From: Moniliella sp. 'wahieum'
Taxonomy: Eukaryota
Length of the DNA: 64,000 nt
Assembly: GCA_003971905.1 (NCBI GenBank)
Contig: RSEE01000019.1
Coordinates: forward strand, 682,001 to 746,000
Direction: 5' to 3'
Shown: piece after piece, positions 26,801-39,261 of the stretch
Layout: every line of letters begins with the position of its first letter
How positions within the stretch are numbered: the stretch's first letter is position 1
Program-made: the position numbers and the translations under genes
Notes under the pieces: model-generated
What the model was told of the DNA's origin: nothing
Databases searched by the model: none
What the model saw: the letters and a program-made list of their open reading frames with translations, nothing else

Positions 26801-27066
26801 CCGGCTGTGGCGTCGCCCGGGCCTGGGTCTGGGTCAGCGTCAGCGTCCGGGTCAGCGTCCGGATCAGCGTCCGCTGGGCATCGTCCACGTCGCTTCCGCC
26901 GCCCACCGCGGCCGCCCGCACCGGCCGTCACGCCCTTCCCGACCCGCGCATTTACCAGCTCGGCGGCAACAATGTCTATCCCAACATTGACAGCTACGAT
27001 TACCTCTCCCCGCCGGCCGGGTCGGGATCCAAGTACGCCACCGAACGGATGGGACCGTCAATGTGA
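23842..27066 (+). CDS. cryD: Cryptochrome-DASH (photolyase/cryptochrome family); frameshifted; C-terminus may extend to ~27580
   Basis: LRYDLRIHDN, LLPLYVFD, KTGRFRARFIAETVYDLR, PDVFTPFRKKVE, FRGGESSALERL, YKQTRNNLIG..YSSKMSPFLAFGSVSPR, GRTGIPFIDANM..TGFMSNRGRQNVASFL, LIDHDPTSNYGNW and GNDPRASRQFNTIKQARDFD are DASH-type motifs. Confidence 0.93.
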
Positions 27067-27592
27067 ACGTGTCGGGCGCTCAGTTCGCGCGCGACATACA
27101 GCCTCGACTTGGCTGCGCGTACCCACTCCCACCCCCACCCGCACCCGCACGCGCACGCGAACCTCACCCCCACCCCCACGCCACCCTCCCGCCACTGGAA
27201 CTCGCGACACACGCGCTGGCGCCCGGAGCTGGCGCACCACGCTCGCCCAGCACGAGTTCCCCGCGCGCCCGCGGCCGCGCGGCTTGAATGGCGGCGTGTT
27301 GCCCCTCCCCGCCTGGGCCTGGGCCTGGGGGTCTTTCCCGGCCGGGTCTGGGTCTGGGTCGTTCCCTGGGTTCGGGTCTGGGTCTGGGTCGTTCCCTGGA
27401 TCTGGGTCTGGGTCTTTGCCTGATGCACCCGCTCGCTCCTTTGGCCCGCCAGCGTACCCTGCTCCGGAACCGCCTCGTCGACCGCTCTACCTCCTCCACA
27501 CCCCTACCCCGCCCGACGGGCCGCTAGGCCCGAGTCCCCCACGCGCCATTCCCCATTCCCCAGGTTCTAGTCCCGCGTAGAGTACGCGTCGA

Positions 27593-27640
27593 TAGTCCCG
27601 CGTCGCTAGTCCCGCGTCGCTAGTCCCGCGTCGCTAGTCA
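27593..27640. repeat. 14-bp tandem repeat (TAGTCCCGCGTCGC) x3 plus a degenerate upstream copy
   Basis: Read directly from the sequence. Confidence 0.85.
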
Positions 27641-28189
27641 CTAGTCTCATTCCGTGTCCCATGCTCCATGTCATTGATCATCGATCATCTGGTTGCCGGT
27701 TGCGCCCGCTCGCACGCCTCGCCCACACACAAACACAAACACACACACACTGTGCAGATTCTTTCGTAGAGCTCCGCGGTCCTGGAGCGGCCCACGGTTC
27801 GCTTCCCGCCAACGACGTACGGGTACCCGGTGAAGGTGAAGGTGCAGCCAACGGTCATGTGGCCTGCGCCGTGTTAGAGCGCGAGCTCAGGTTCAGGTTC
27901 AGGTTCAGGTGCGCCGGGCTTCGGGACGGGTTGCTTTGTACATTTTTTTGGGAGGTGTGGGGTTGGTTCGGGTCGCTGGCTTGGCTTGGGCTCACTAGTC
28001 ACTAGTCACTAGTCACTCTTGGCCAGGGTGGCGCGCATCCCCTGGATTCGACTCGACGCGAATCGGGCTCTTGCTCAATCGACATCGAAATCGGCCTTGG
28101 GTCTTCGGCCGCAGGCCTTACTGCCTTCGTCACCTTGTTGAAAGGCGGACACCGAGACCCCGCCCCACCTCACGTATATACGCAGCACG

Positions 28190-28310
28190 ACAAACCAAGA
28201 ACCAACAACCCACAACCAAGAATGAAGAACCAACAACCAACAACCACCATCAAGAACGAACAACCAACAACCAAGAATCAAGAACGAACAACCAACAACC
28301 AAGAATCATT
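28190..28310. repeat. CAA/AAGAA-rich degenerate tandem repeat
   Basis: Recurring accaacaaccaagaa-type units; strongly strand-asymmetric. Confidence 0.75.
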
Positions 28311-28695
28311 GAAGACCCACTAAAAAACACTCCACTACATTCAGTCCACACTACCTTCCATCTATATGAGGATTCAACCTCTGCGTCGTTCCAGCCTCTC
28401 CCATCCCAGTCTCCCGGCCTCAGCGCCTCACCCCCCTGCCCCTAAGTTCTCTCGGGTCGAACTGGCGTCGCCTTGCAGAGCCCAGTCCCAAGTCCCAACA
28501 ATGTACTCTCCCCCTCTGCGCTCAAGCGCTCAAGGCCGCACATTATACACCTTTTCTTGTCTTAGTTGTCTAGCCTTGCCTTGCCTTGCCTTGCCTTGCC
28601 CCCCGGTTCCCCCTTGTCTCTTCCTTCCCTCCTGGTGTAGCGGAGGAGACGCGCCTTACGCGGCTAATATACTGTAGTGGTTGTTTTTGCCCTCG

Positions 28696-28934
28696 GATCC
28701 CAGTTCCCATTTTCAGATCTCAGATCTCATATCTCAGTTCCCATTTCCCGGATTCCCAATTCCAATTTCCCGGATTCCAGTTCCCATTTCCCGGATTCCC
28801 AGTTCCGATTTCCCAGTTTCCCAGTTTCCCAGTTTCCCATTTCCCAGTTCCCAGTTTCCCGGATTCCCAATTCCAATTTCCCAGATTCCCATTTCCCAGA
28901 TTCCCATTTCCCAGATTCCCATTTCCCATTTCCC
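28696..28934. repeat. Degenerate TTCCCA/TTCCCGGA minisatellite (GGG tracts on the minus strand)
   Basis: Recurring ttcccagt, ttcccatt, ttcccggattccc and ttcccagattcccat units. Confidence 0.9.
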
Positions 28935-29209
28935 GTCGATTGCGTTTGGCATTTCATAACTGCCGCCTGGCTGCGTGGCCCACGTGCAACCCTACGTGCC
29001 CTGCATCGTGAGCATCACGTGACGCGGATCGGGGCGTCGGAGCTGGAGCAGGCGGGCGTCGGTGCAATGCGACACGCCTCTTCGATTGAAAGTTGCACGG
29101 GGCGAGGCAAATTTTTTGTGGCCAGGCAGCCGCTTCCCGCTTCGGGCGCAGGCCCGCCCAGCGCTTCCTCCCTGCCCACCACCCCACCCACGCACCCACC
29201 CTCCCCACC

Positions 29210-30363
29210 ATGGCCGCCTCCAGCAAACAGGCAATCGCCAGCGCCCAAGGCGCCAAGAGGAGGTACACCGACGTGGATGCTGCCCAGAAAGCGGAGAAGC
29301 CTACCGCGTCCGCGTCCAACAAGGTGGCCAAGACCGCAGCGGGAAAGACGGCGGGCGGCAAGGTGAGCAAGAAGGTCACCATTGCCACCCCGTCCGAGCA
29401 GGAAGAGGAGGACAGCGACGAAGAGGACAGCGATGCCGAGGCTGCTGCACGTGCATCCAGCTCCATTCGCAACTCGATTGCTAAGAAGGGCGGGGCCGGG
29501 AAGGCCCAGGGTGCGTCCGAGTCCCAGTCGGAGTCCGAGGAGGAGTCTGAGTCCGAGGAGGAGGATGAGGAGGAGGAAGGCGTGAACCGCAATGCGCCAA
29601 TCGTCGATATTGTTCGCTTGCCCAGTTCCAAGGACGACAAGGTGGTCCGGGCGCGTCTCGATGCGGTGCACAAGCGCCGTGCGGCGCAAATTGACAAGGT
29701 AGGTACTCTGTTTCTTTCGGGAGGGGCGACGGGGGGAGCGCTTTGGTACAGGGTGGTTGCTAACCTTGTTTGTTTCTTTCTGGGTGCTGGTAGGCTCCCA
29801 ACGCGGGGGTGATCTACGTAGGTCGGGTGCCCGCCGGGTTTTACGAACCGCAAATGAGGGCGTACTTTAGCCAATTTGGTCCGATTACGCACTTGCGTCT
29901 GTCGCGCAACCCCAAGACGGGCGCGCCGCGGCACTATGGGTTTATCGAGTTTGAGGACGAGGAGGTGGCCAAGATTGTGGCCGAGACGATGGACAATTAC
30001 TTGATGATGGGTCACTTGTTGCAAGTCAAGGTGATTCCCAAGGACGAAGTGCACCCGGACCTTTTCAAGGGGTCGTCCAAGTGGCGCCGCTTTGCCGGCA
30101 AGAGCGCGACCGATTTGAAAAACGCGGGTTGCGGCGTCACCACGCGCAACACTCTCGTCCCCGTACTGCTGAACAACAACAGAAGTCGGACGAAGCGCTG
30201 CTCAAGCGTCAAGAGCAGCGCCGGGAAACGCTCAAGAGCAAGGGAATCGACTATGACTTCCCCGGGTGTGAGTTGCCATTGTTTTTGCCCAGTGTGCGCG
30301 CGACCCAACCCACATACTGACTCAGTGTTTTCTTTTTGTGGCTCTGCAGACCAAGTTGCCTAG
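29210..30363 (+). CDS. NOP15: Nucleolar RRM protein Nop15/NIFK (60S ribosome biogenesis); two introns
   Basis: GVIYVGRVPAGFYEPQMRAYFSQFGPITHLRLSRNPKTGAPRHYGFIEFEDEEVAKIVAETMDNYLMMGHLLQVKVIPKDEVHPDLFKG; C-terminal LKSKGIDYDFPG. Confidence 0.93.
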
Positions 30364-30622
30364 GCTTGCGGCTTGTCGGTTTGTCGTCTTCCATGCTTCC
30401 CGTTCTTGTTGCCCAATCCATCCCGTTCCCGACCCACCAGTTCACACTAGCTCGAGTCTAATCTATTACGCTAGGTAGTTTGGAAGAAGCAAGGACAGAA
30501 ATGCAATGCAATGCGGTGCTTGATAATGCATAATGGGAGTTCAAATCACATAGACGAGTCCTCGAATTGGTCCCGGGATCCGATCCCGGAAAAGCGACTG
30601 GTTGAGGCTCAACTGAACGCGG

Positions 30623-31939
30623 TCACCGTTGGCGGGCCTTGAGTTTGGCGAGTAACTTTTTGCGTTGTGCTTTTCCTCGGCATGTTTTGCTCCAACTCTT
30701 GCTCCCGTTCGTCCTCTTGCCGCGCCAGCCGAGCCGACCGCATCTCCTCGCGGTTCACATCGTTGATCCCAGCCTCCATATCCGAGTCACTGTCGTCCTC
30801 GTCGTACCGCACCGCAGTACGGCCTCGGCGGAACATGCCCAGCACCTCATGAAGTTCCGACTGAGCTTGTGCTTCGTCGTCATCAATAAACGAGTCGACA
30901 TCGCTCTCCTCTTCTTCCTCTTCCTCCTCTTCCTCCTCCTCTTCGTCCTCGCTCCCGCTGCACGAGACGAGCGCAAGGCCTTTTGAGCTTTGCGCTCCGC
31001 CTCTTCTCGAATGAAACGTTCTCGGGCGGTTTCTTTGCGCGGAGGCGCGGCCGGCGCGGCTGGCGAGGGCTTGGCTCGTTTGGGCCCCGGCGCGGCTCCT
31101 TGGTCTTTTTGATTTCGTTTGTTGGACGAGGACGTGGCGGCCAGTTCTTTTTTCCTCGCAGCCTCGAGCACCTCGGGCCGCACAGGTGCACCGGGCAAAA
31201 AGTCAGCCGGGTTCACCCCATCTATTGTCCTCGCACGCCGTGGAGGCGGGGCAGCCAATCCTTTGGGCTGGGTCAGTTTGGGCGTCGAGGAAACGGAAGC
31301 GTGGGGCCGAGAGGCTCGGACTAATGCTGAGAACCTCCCCTTTCCCGGCCTTTCCTCCCTCGACCGGCTGAAGGCACAGGCCCGCCCATCAGTTCTCTTC
31401 GAAGTTTGAGCTTGCGCTTCTCGTCCGGGTTAAATCCGGCTTGTCGTACACGGGGTGCGAGCGCCGCGGGTGGGGGGCGGCTTCGCCGGTGGAAGTGGAA
31501 GTGGAGGTGGAGGTGGAGGTGGAAGTAGAGGTACGCGGCGGGGCGGGGGAGGAAGAGCCGGTACGGCTGGAGGGCGTGGCCGCGCGGATCTTGGCCAGAC
31601 GCGAAGGAGGTTGTTTCTTGTCGAGCAGCTTGGCTGCTGCTGCATGGAAGGCCGTGTGCGAGGCGGCGGCCCGCGGTGGTGGTGCTACAGTGCCCTCTTG
31701 TTCTCCGACACGGACGCCTTGATCTGGTCCAGCTTGGCCTGCTGGGCACGCAGACGGGCAGCGGCTTGAATGCGCACCTGCCGCTCCCGCTCCATGGCTT
31801 GGCGCTGGGCTTGCTCCCGCGACGCACGCGCGGCCGCAGCTGCGCGCTCGCGCTCCACCGCCTGGCGTTGGACCTTGAGGTCGGCCTCCTGCTGCCGCGC
31901 CAGGGCCTGCGCTTTGAGTTCCTTGATCGAAAGCGCCAT
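30623..31939 (-). CDS. SPT2: Spt2-like chromatin protein; frameshifted
   Basis: N-terminal coiled coil MALSIKELKAQALARQQE; C-terminal DVDSFI-DDD and MFRRGR...DDSDSDMEAGINDVNREEMRSARLARQEDERE match the SPT2 C-terminal pattern. Confidence 0.8.
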
Positions 31940-32195
31940 GGCGGGGTGGAGGCCGTGGTGGTGCAGCCGTCGGCCAGACTGACAGCTGGGCAAAAAACGC
32001 AGCCAACCAGCTAGGCTTACCTAATGCGCTGTCTCGCGCTACGCACCGCCCACAGTGGCGCTGTGCTGGGCCTGCCCGTTCGCGTTGGGCAGCCGATTCA
32101 AGTGAAGACCAGCCATCTGAGCAAGGGCAGTGGGTATATTTACACCGGCTCCCTCTCCAGGGGCTGCCTTCCATCGTATCTACGCGGGCAGCTCC

Positions 32196-34323
32196 TTAGT
32201 ATCCACATGTAATCGCCCCCCCCTCCGCCTCCCCGCCCTTCAGACGCCCCGATGCAGGCCCTCCTGCCTGCTCCCCATGCGTCCTTGGCTTCGTTCCCCC
32301 ATCGGCCTCAGACGGAGCGGCCACCGAGGCCGACGGGTCATCGTCATCGTCCTTGTTCTCCAGCACGCGCGTGCCGTCTCCGTCCTCCATGTTCTTAAAG
32401 TCAGAGCCGTCCGCCCCTGACGTGAGCGCAACCCAGCCGCGGTGGCCTCTCCTGGCGCGCAGCCAGCAGCCGCTCCCTCGACTCGGCTTGCCGAATCACC
32501 TTGAGCGCCTCGGTTGTCGTCTGCCCGGCCCGGGTCTCGGACTGGTTCCACTCGAGATCGTAGTACTCGGACGCAATCAGCTTGATCTTGCGACGGAGCG
32601 CTTTGGCCTGGTTGATCAGTTCCTGGTACTGATCAATGTCGAGGCCATGCCGCTGGTACAGGCGTTGCTGCCGACGCGAGACAGACTCGTTGAGCACGGC
32701 TCGGTAGGATACCTCTCGGTTGTGGTGCAGGACCCACCCATAGCCACACATCACCGTGGCCAAGCCAGTCAAGTAGGTGACCGGCTCCATCGAGTCCCAG
32801 CCGAGCTCGGTGCAGAAGGTGAAGTAGCTCACCGACACCCACCATGCCGCCAGCACCCCCATGCCTGTCCAGCTCAGGCGGCGCACATGGCGATAAGCCA
32901 ACGCGTCGCACTCGGCCTTGATGGTGGTCATTTTTTGAATCTGCTCGTGCGCGCATACAGCTGGCCGCGCAACCGCCGCGTCCGATCCTCAAACGAAGGC
33001 ACCTTGACTTGCACCGTGCGCTGGCCGATCCGAATGATAAACGACCCCACCGCGCCGCATCCCGAATGAATTCACCCACATCCGTCGCAACGACCAGCGG
33101 CGACCGGCACTCGCACGCGTTAAAAACGAAATGGGCGGACCATGCCTTGTCCCACGCCAGCAACGTCTCTCTCCTCTTTCGTTCGTCCGCTTCGCGTCGC
33201 GCCAACGCGTCCCCCCTTGGTCTCCTTGGACCGCCGCGTTCCTCACTTTCCTCTTCCTCCAATCGTTGGTGCATCCCGGCACAGCACTCACCCCTCCGCC
33301 CGAATCAAATCGGCCACATACGTCAGCGGCTGCGTCTCGTGCATCAGCACCACCACGTACCGCACCGGCTCGTGGCAAGCGTTGCAAATTATCCTGGCGT
33401 TCCGGAACGGACACAGTGTCGTGCCCACCTTCCTCTTCGTACTCGGCTCCGTTTCGCTTCGTCGCCGCCGGCCTCGAGACCACGAATCGATCGGTCCTCT
33501 CCCATCTTGAGCAGCTCGTTGATCCGATGCACCTCCGAGTGGTTCAGCTGCATCGATTCCCAGTTGTCGTCCGCGCCCAGGCCAAACGGAAGCTCGTCGT
33601 GCGTCGGCGGGGGCTCAGGACTGGGCTGGGCGGCTTCGGCTTCGGCTTCGGTTCCGGTGGCCGACGCGGAATCGGAATCGGCACTGCTCACCTCGTGCTC
33701 CGCCCCGCTGTCCACCGCCCCTTGGGGGGGCAGTCGGTGCATCCCCAGCATGGTGGTGGTGATGGTGGTGCAGATGGTAGACGTTCTTGACATTGACCGG
33801 TGCAGGTGCCGGTGCAGGCGTGTCGAGCAACACAGGTTCGGGCGCGGTAAGGGGAATGGTGATCTTGAACAGCTTGGGGCTGGAAGGGACAATACAATTC
33901 GCCAGTTAGTCACCTCCTACCTCTCCCCCTCTCTCCCCCTCTCTCTTTCCCGGTCAAGGACGAGCGAAAGGTGTGAACAAAACGCGTACCGGGTGAAGGA
34001 AAGTTTGCCCTCGTCTAGTGGGAACTTGTATGGCCTACCCTCGCTGTTTCTGGACGAGCAAACTCGGGCTCGCGGCACAAGTCGACGGGCTGCGAGCTGG
34101 AGGCGGAAAAGCGGGGAGTGGGGCGGACGTAGGTAGTGGGGCGCGACCACTGCGAGGCATGGGGCGAAGAGGAAAGGCGGAGGATGAGGAGGAGAACCTG
34201 CTGGTGGTTCTCCTGCTGCCCCATGGAGAGGGATGGCGAGGGCAGCGAGGGGTCGGGGCGTGGATCGGCCGATCGCGGCGGCGGCGAGAGGGGGATGGGG
34301 ACGCTGCGTAGCAGGCTGCCCAT
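32196..34323 (-). CDS. MCU: Mitochondrial calcium uniporter (MCU); frameshifted, ends approximate
   Basis: Two TM helices flank the selectivity motif GWDSMEPVTY, followed by HNREVSY. The upstream ATDVGEFIRDAA is typical of fungal MCU. Confidence 0.88.
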
Positions 34324-34723
34324 CGGGGGCGGATCGGGGTGGTGGGTGGGGGGGCGTAATGGAACCATCCCTAGTCATCCACAGCGATACCGATCGGAGT
34401 CCCACACTCTCCCATCTGCTGTCTCCCCTGGCCCATGAATGTCGCACCCCACTGAACTACTGAACTGCCCCGTCGCAGCAATCGAAGCCCCTGTCGCACC
34501 GCAAATCAATCTAGCAGCCAACAACCAGCAGCACGTGAGAGATCATCGATCACATGAGGCTTGTCGTCACGTGCTGTCATCCATCTGCATCGGTGACTAG
34601 GCGTCCATGCCACCAATCAGTACTCAGTCTGAGTACTCGAGTACTCAGTCAAAGTGAGTACACTCAGTGTCCGTCGATATCTATCGACGTCATTCGGGCA
34701 GGCTCACCGACATCTCCCTCGGA

Positions 34724-37700
34724 ATGCCCACCGCCCCCCACATGGCTTCCACAGACGCAGGTGGTCCTGCTTCTGCTTCTGCTTCTGCTTCTGCCGCAGC
34801 CGTCGCTGCCACGAGCAGCCCCCATGCCCCGCTGCCCCCGGCCTCTGGGCTGGACGGCCTTGCACCTGCGGCCTACGCCTTCGCCGCGTCCCCCCCCACC
34901 CGTCCACGCCACCCCTCGCGATCTGGCTCCCTCGTCACGCCCGATGCTGCCCGCCACGCCACCCAGCTCCTTGTCGAGGGGGCCCACGCCTGCTCTCTCT
35001 CTTCCACCCATGACCTCAATGTGCCTGCCGCAACAATTTGGCGCCGTGCACCTCGCATCCGTTTCAATGGCGCAGCCAACGAGGAGGGGGAGGAGGCAGA
35101 GGAGGAGCCCCTTACTAACTTGCAAGCCGAAGTGGCTAGTTACATTGCATTTCAAAACGCAGAAGGAACCGATCCGATCGCCACCTCGGCAAAGGCTGCT
35201 ATGGCTTCCGCCGCCCGCGAGCTGGTCGAGTCTGTCACCCAACTTCAACAGCATGCCAATACCCATAATATCAAGTGTGGGTCGTTGTTGGGATCCGTAT
35301 CACGGGTTCTAGCACTTCCGTTCTTATCAGAACAAGGAGGCAAGGCTCTCAAACGAGTCTCTTCCACCTTCATCTCATCTGCCTCGGCAAACATTGCTGT
35401 GGCAACCTCTGCTGAAGACCAGGAGGAAACATTGGCTGGCGCAGCGACGGAACCATCTGTAGATGGCTTCCCTCGCCTCTCGGAAAACGAGCAAACCCTC
35501 ATGGCCAATCTGCTTGCCGGATTGCACGCCAAAGTAAATGATGACAAGGCCAGTATTGCCCGAGCGGAGGAAGAAAAGCAAGCTTGTCGTGACGAACTGG
35601 AGCGAGCAACTAGGAAAGAGGAACTCAAAAAGAAACAGGAAGTGTTCATTAATTTTGCTGGTGGTCGACGCCCCTCGAGCATGGAAGGTATTGAAGAAGA
35701 TGTTGAGCTTACCCCTGCGCAGAAGCTCGATTGCCTCAACCACGGGTTTGGTCCCATCCGAGATGCCAAGCTTCTTCGTACCTATGGGCAAGAGGAATAT
35801 GTAAGCGACCACCCTCCTCATCGACTCATCCCAGATATCTTGGTTGCTAACGTTGGCGTAAGATCGGTGAACATGTTGGCGCCACAATCAGTCAAGTAGG
35901 CCTGATTGGCTACTTTGCGCTCACAACACACCGCCTCTGCTTTTTGGCTCGCATTCCAAGCATGCAGCAGGTGGCAGTGATGGATGCACAAGCCGCTGCG
36001 CGTGAGGATGATGGGTCTCCTTCGCCTACTTCGCCTACGATGAGCGAGGAGTTGATGGGTCATCTCATCATCAAGGAAGGCTCCGCTGTACAACACCGTC
36101 GCGTGGCGGGTGTCGGCAGCGTTATTGTCCCGCCGGGTCTGGCTTCAGCTTCGATCCGAGGGTCTGTTCGTGTACAGTTCGAGTGAAGCTGAGGCTCTGT
36201 ATGAGCCATTAGAGATCTATCGTTTCGATGACATATTCTCTGTTGATCTCATTTACCACTCGTCCTACGCGACTTTTGTCCACTTTTCGCTCAAAAAATC
36301 GGATGGCACCAAAGGAGACTTGGTTCGGTTTGAGCTGGGCACTCGAGTTGGCGCTCTGGATTGGCGGCGTCAACTTCGAACCGCTCTCTTCCGCTCCCAC
36401 GTTAATGCAAGCTTGGTCCGTCAGTCGATCCCTCTTGCTCAAATTACCCAGGTGTTGCAGTACAGCCTGTCCCATAATGTGCTGCTCGAGCTCCAATTTC
36501 CTCCTGGGCAAACACGGGTGCAAGGTGTGGGCTATGACTCGAGGCAAAACGCCTCGTTGCAGGACGTGATCGATATGCTGCTATCCAATGACCAGACCTC
36601 CTTGACGATCGCTATCCTTGGTCGCTCCCCCATGTCCAATGAGCTCATGACCAAGTTTGAGAGGGCGGTGCGTTCGATGGCTGCCAAGCAACTTCCTCGC
36701 GACCAGCTCGGCCCCGAATGCAAATTACAGCTCTTGATTGACGGAGAGAAAGTCACCGAACCGGTCACTTCAGGGCACGACCCAGAAGAGAAACGCGAGC
36801 CCCTCCCGGTTTCTACTCCGCCCGAGCTTGTACCATCCCATGTGGGGGCGGACTTTGCTCGCGAATTTGCGCTTGATCCTTCATGGATTAAAGGAGTTTA
36901 TCACACCCAACTGTGGAAGAACAAGGTGCCCTATCGTGGGAGTCTGTGCCTTTCATCCGACTACATTTGCTTTCTTCGCGAGTACACGGTGACAGAGCCC
37001 TACCGTCTACGCATTCCCGTCACCCACCTCCATGGTGCCGAGGCAGGAAGGAGGCACCTAACATTTTCCACGTTGGCCCTTCAGATCAAGGGACATGATG
37101 ATATTCTGTTCCTGTTTTTGTCGAAGCAGAAGCGCGACGCGGCGCTCACCCAGATCAACCAACTGGTTCACATGATCCGTGGACGGTTGAGGGATGCTGC
37201 GCGGACGAAGACCAGGTCGGTATTGACTTTCTGCACCCCACGCTCCCCACCTCTTCACTCAATTACATCCCCAAGGCACTCAATGATGACAGCCGATTGC
37301 ACATTCGCATCCCCCCTCGTCGCTTCTGCATCCCCGCCATTGGCTCCCGTGGGGATGTGCAGCCCCTCATCGCTCTAGGACGCGCCCTGATGCAGCATAA
37401 AACATACCGTCCGCATCGTCTCCCACCCCGAGTACGAAGACTGGGTTCGTGGTCACGGACTCGACTTTGCTGCTGCCGGCGGAGACCCAGGTGCGCTGAT
37501 GGCCCTGTCTGTCGAGCACCGTCTTTTCTCCCCCCGGTTCTTCACCATTCGGTGGCCAAGTTCCGTGCCTGGATGGATGATTTGCTGCGGGAGGTATATG
37601 AGGGATGCTACGATGCCGATGTGATCCTCGAGGCGCCTCAGACAATGGCGGGTATCCATGTTGCGGAGCGATTGGGCGTGCCCTATTTTCGCATCTTCAC

Positions 37701-39261
37701 CATGCCGTGGACCAAGACGGCTGCTTACCCACAAGCGTTCAGTGTGCCGCCGGTCGACTTGGGCAGCCACTTCAACTTATGAGCTACGCCCTGTTGACCA
37801 AGTGTTTTGGGCAGCAAGCTCGGGACAGATCAATGGCGCAAGAATATGCTTGGTCTCAATCCCACCACCTTGGCCGAGTTGGATCAAGGCGGCGTGCCGT
37901 TTCTTTACAACTTTTCCTCGGCCGTCGTGCCCGTGCCCACCGACTGGGACGACAATATTGTGTGTCAGGCTACTGGTTCCTCCCCACCCACAAGACAGAG
38001 TGGGAGCCACCGGACGACTTGGTCGCTTTCTTACAGGAAGGCCGGCGCCAAGGAAAGAAGTTGGCCTACTTGGCTTTGGCTCCATCGTCATCGACGACCC
38101 TGACGCGATGACGCGCAACTTGTATGCGGCGGTGGAGCAGGCGGGGGTGCATGCGATCGTAGCCAAGGGCTGGTCGCTCGGATGAAGAAGGAGACGACAG
38201 AGACCGAAGCCATCCCGGTGCCGTCCTGTTGCTATCTCGTGGACTCGATCCCGCACGACTGGCTTTTCCCTCAGATGACATTGCGCTGCCACCACGGCGG
38301 AGCGGGCACGACGGGCGCCTCGTTGCGCGCTTCGCTGGTCACGGCCATCAAGCCCTTTTTTGGCGACCAATTTTTCTGGGCGCAGCGCGTTCAAAAGTTG
38401 GGCGCCGGCGTGCGGGTCGCGTCGCTGCGACGAACGATTTGGCGTCCGCACTGAAAAGGGCAGCTGAGGATCGGATCATGCAGGAGAAGGCCAAACAGGT
38501 CGGCGCGAGCATCGTGGCAGAAGATGGGCCGTCCAAGGCGATTGGGTTTTGTATAGCAACCTGATCCGCGCGCGTCGCCAGCCTCGGTTCCGGGACGACT
38601 TGAATATCTGCCACCAAGATAAACTCGTCTTCTATCACGGCGTGGATGAAGAAGAGGGGACGGAAGAAGAGACGGAAGAGGACACTGCATTAGACGTGAG
38701 TTCGGATGTCCCCTCCCACTCCCACAATCGTCGCGCAAGACGTCACAAGAGACCAACCCCTTGTCCTTCGTAAGACTTCCCAAGACGCCAATCCCACCCT
38801 CTCTGACGAAGCTAATGAAACCGATACGGAGACCAGCGCATCGGACCCAGGCCTGCGCTCCACCCGCAACCGGCTTTTCCACAAGATTGGGACCAGGTTA
38901 AGTTCCTCCAACGCGACTGAAGAGCGCGCTGGGTTTCGCCACACAAGGAAACGACGACGTTGATCCCCTGCTTACCCCCCCTTCCTATTCTTCCCACCTG
39001 CCCGGCTTGCCCACCCTCGATGGTCTGCCCAAGCTCTCGCTCATTTCGGCGCTGCGCCAGATGGTCGACTCGGACAAGGCAGAGGAAGAAGAGGCGAATG
39101 GTGCGGAGCGAAACCATGCGGCCCGATCCGTTGCCCTCGAAGACCGAGCGCATGCTCAGCAGTTGCTGCCCAAGCAAATTGAGCTTCGCCTCGCGCATCA
39201 CCTAGCCCAACATACCCAGGATATGTACCCTAACCCATCCGCCCCCTCTCCACGTGTGTAA
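34724..39261 (+). CDS. ATG26: Sterol 3-beta-glucosyltransferase (Atg26/UGT51) with PH/GRAM-like N-terminal region; frameshifted
   Basis: AIGSRGDVQPLIALG, GGDPGALM, MAGIHVAERLGVPYFRIFTMPWTKT.AYP, PFLYNFS, GFGSIV, IPHDWLFP, HHGGAGTTGASLRA, KPFFGDQFFWA; GRAM-like YRGSLCLSSDYICF. Confidence 0.92.

Noticed and set aside
27565..28934. Repeat arrays as a possible CRISPR array
   Set aside because: The units are short, adjacent tandem copies without unique spacers, there are no cas genes, and the context is eukaryotic.
28696..28934. Interstitial telomere
   Set aside because: The units are GGGAAAT/GGGAATC variants rather than TTAGGG, and they are heterogeneous.
28720..28959. ORFs encoding GNGNL, WESGK or SQIPI repeats
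   Set aside because: They are by-products of a stop-poor minisatellite that is open in several frames, with no evidence of a real gene.
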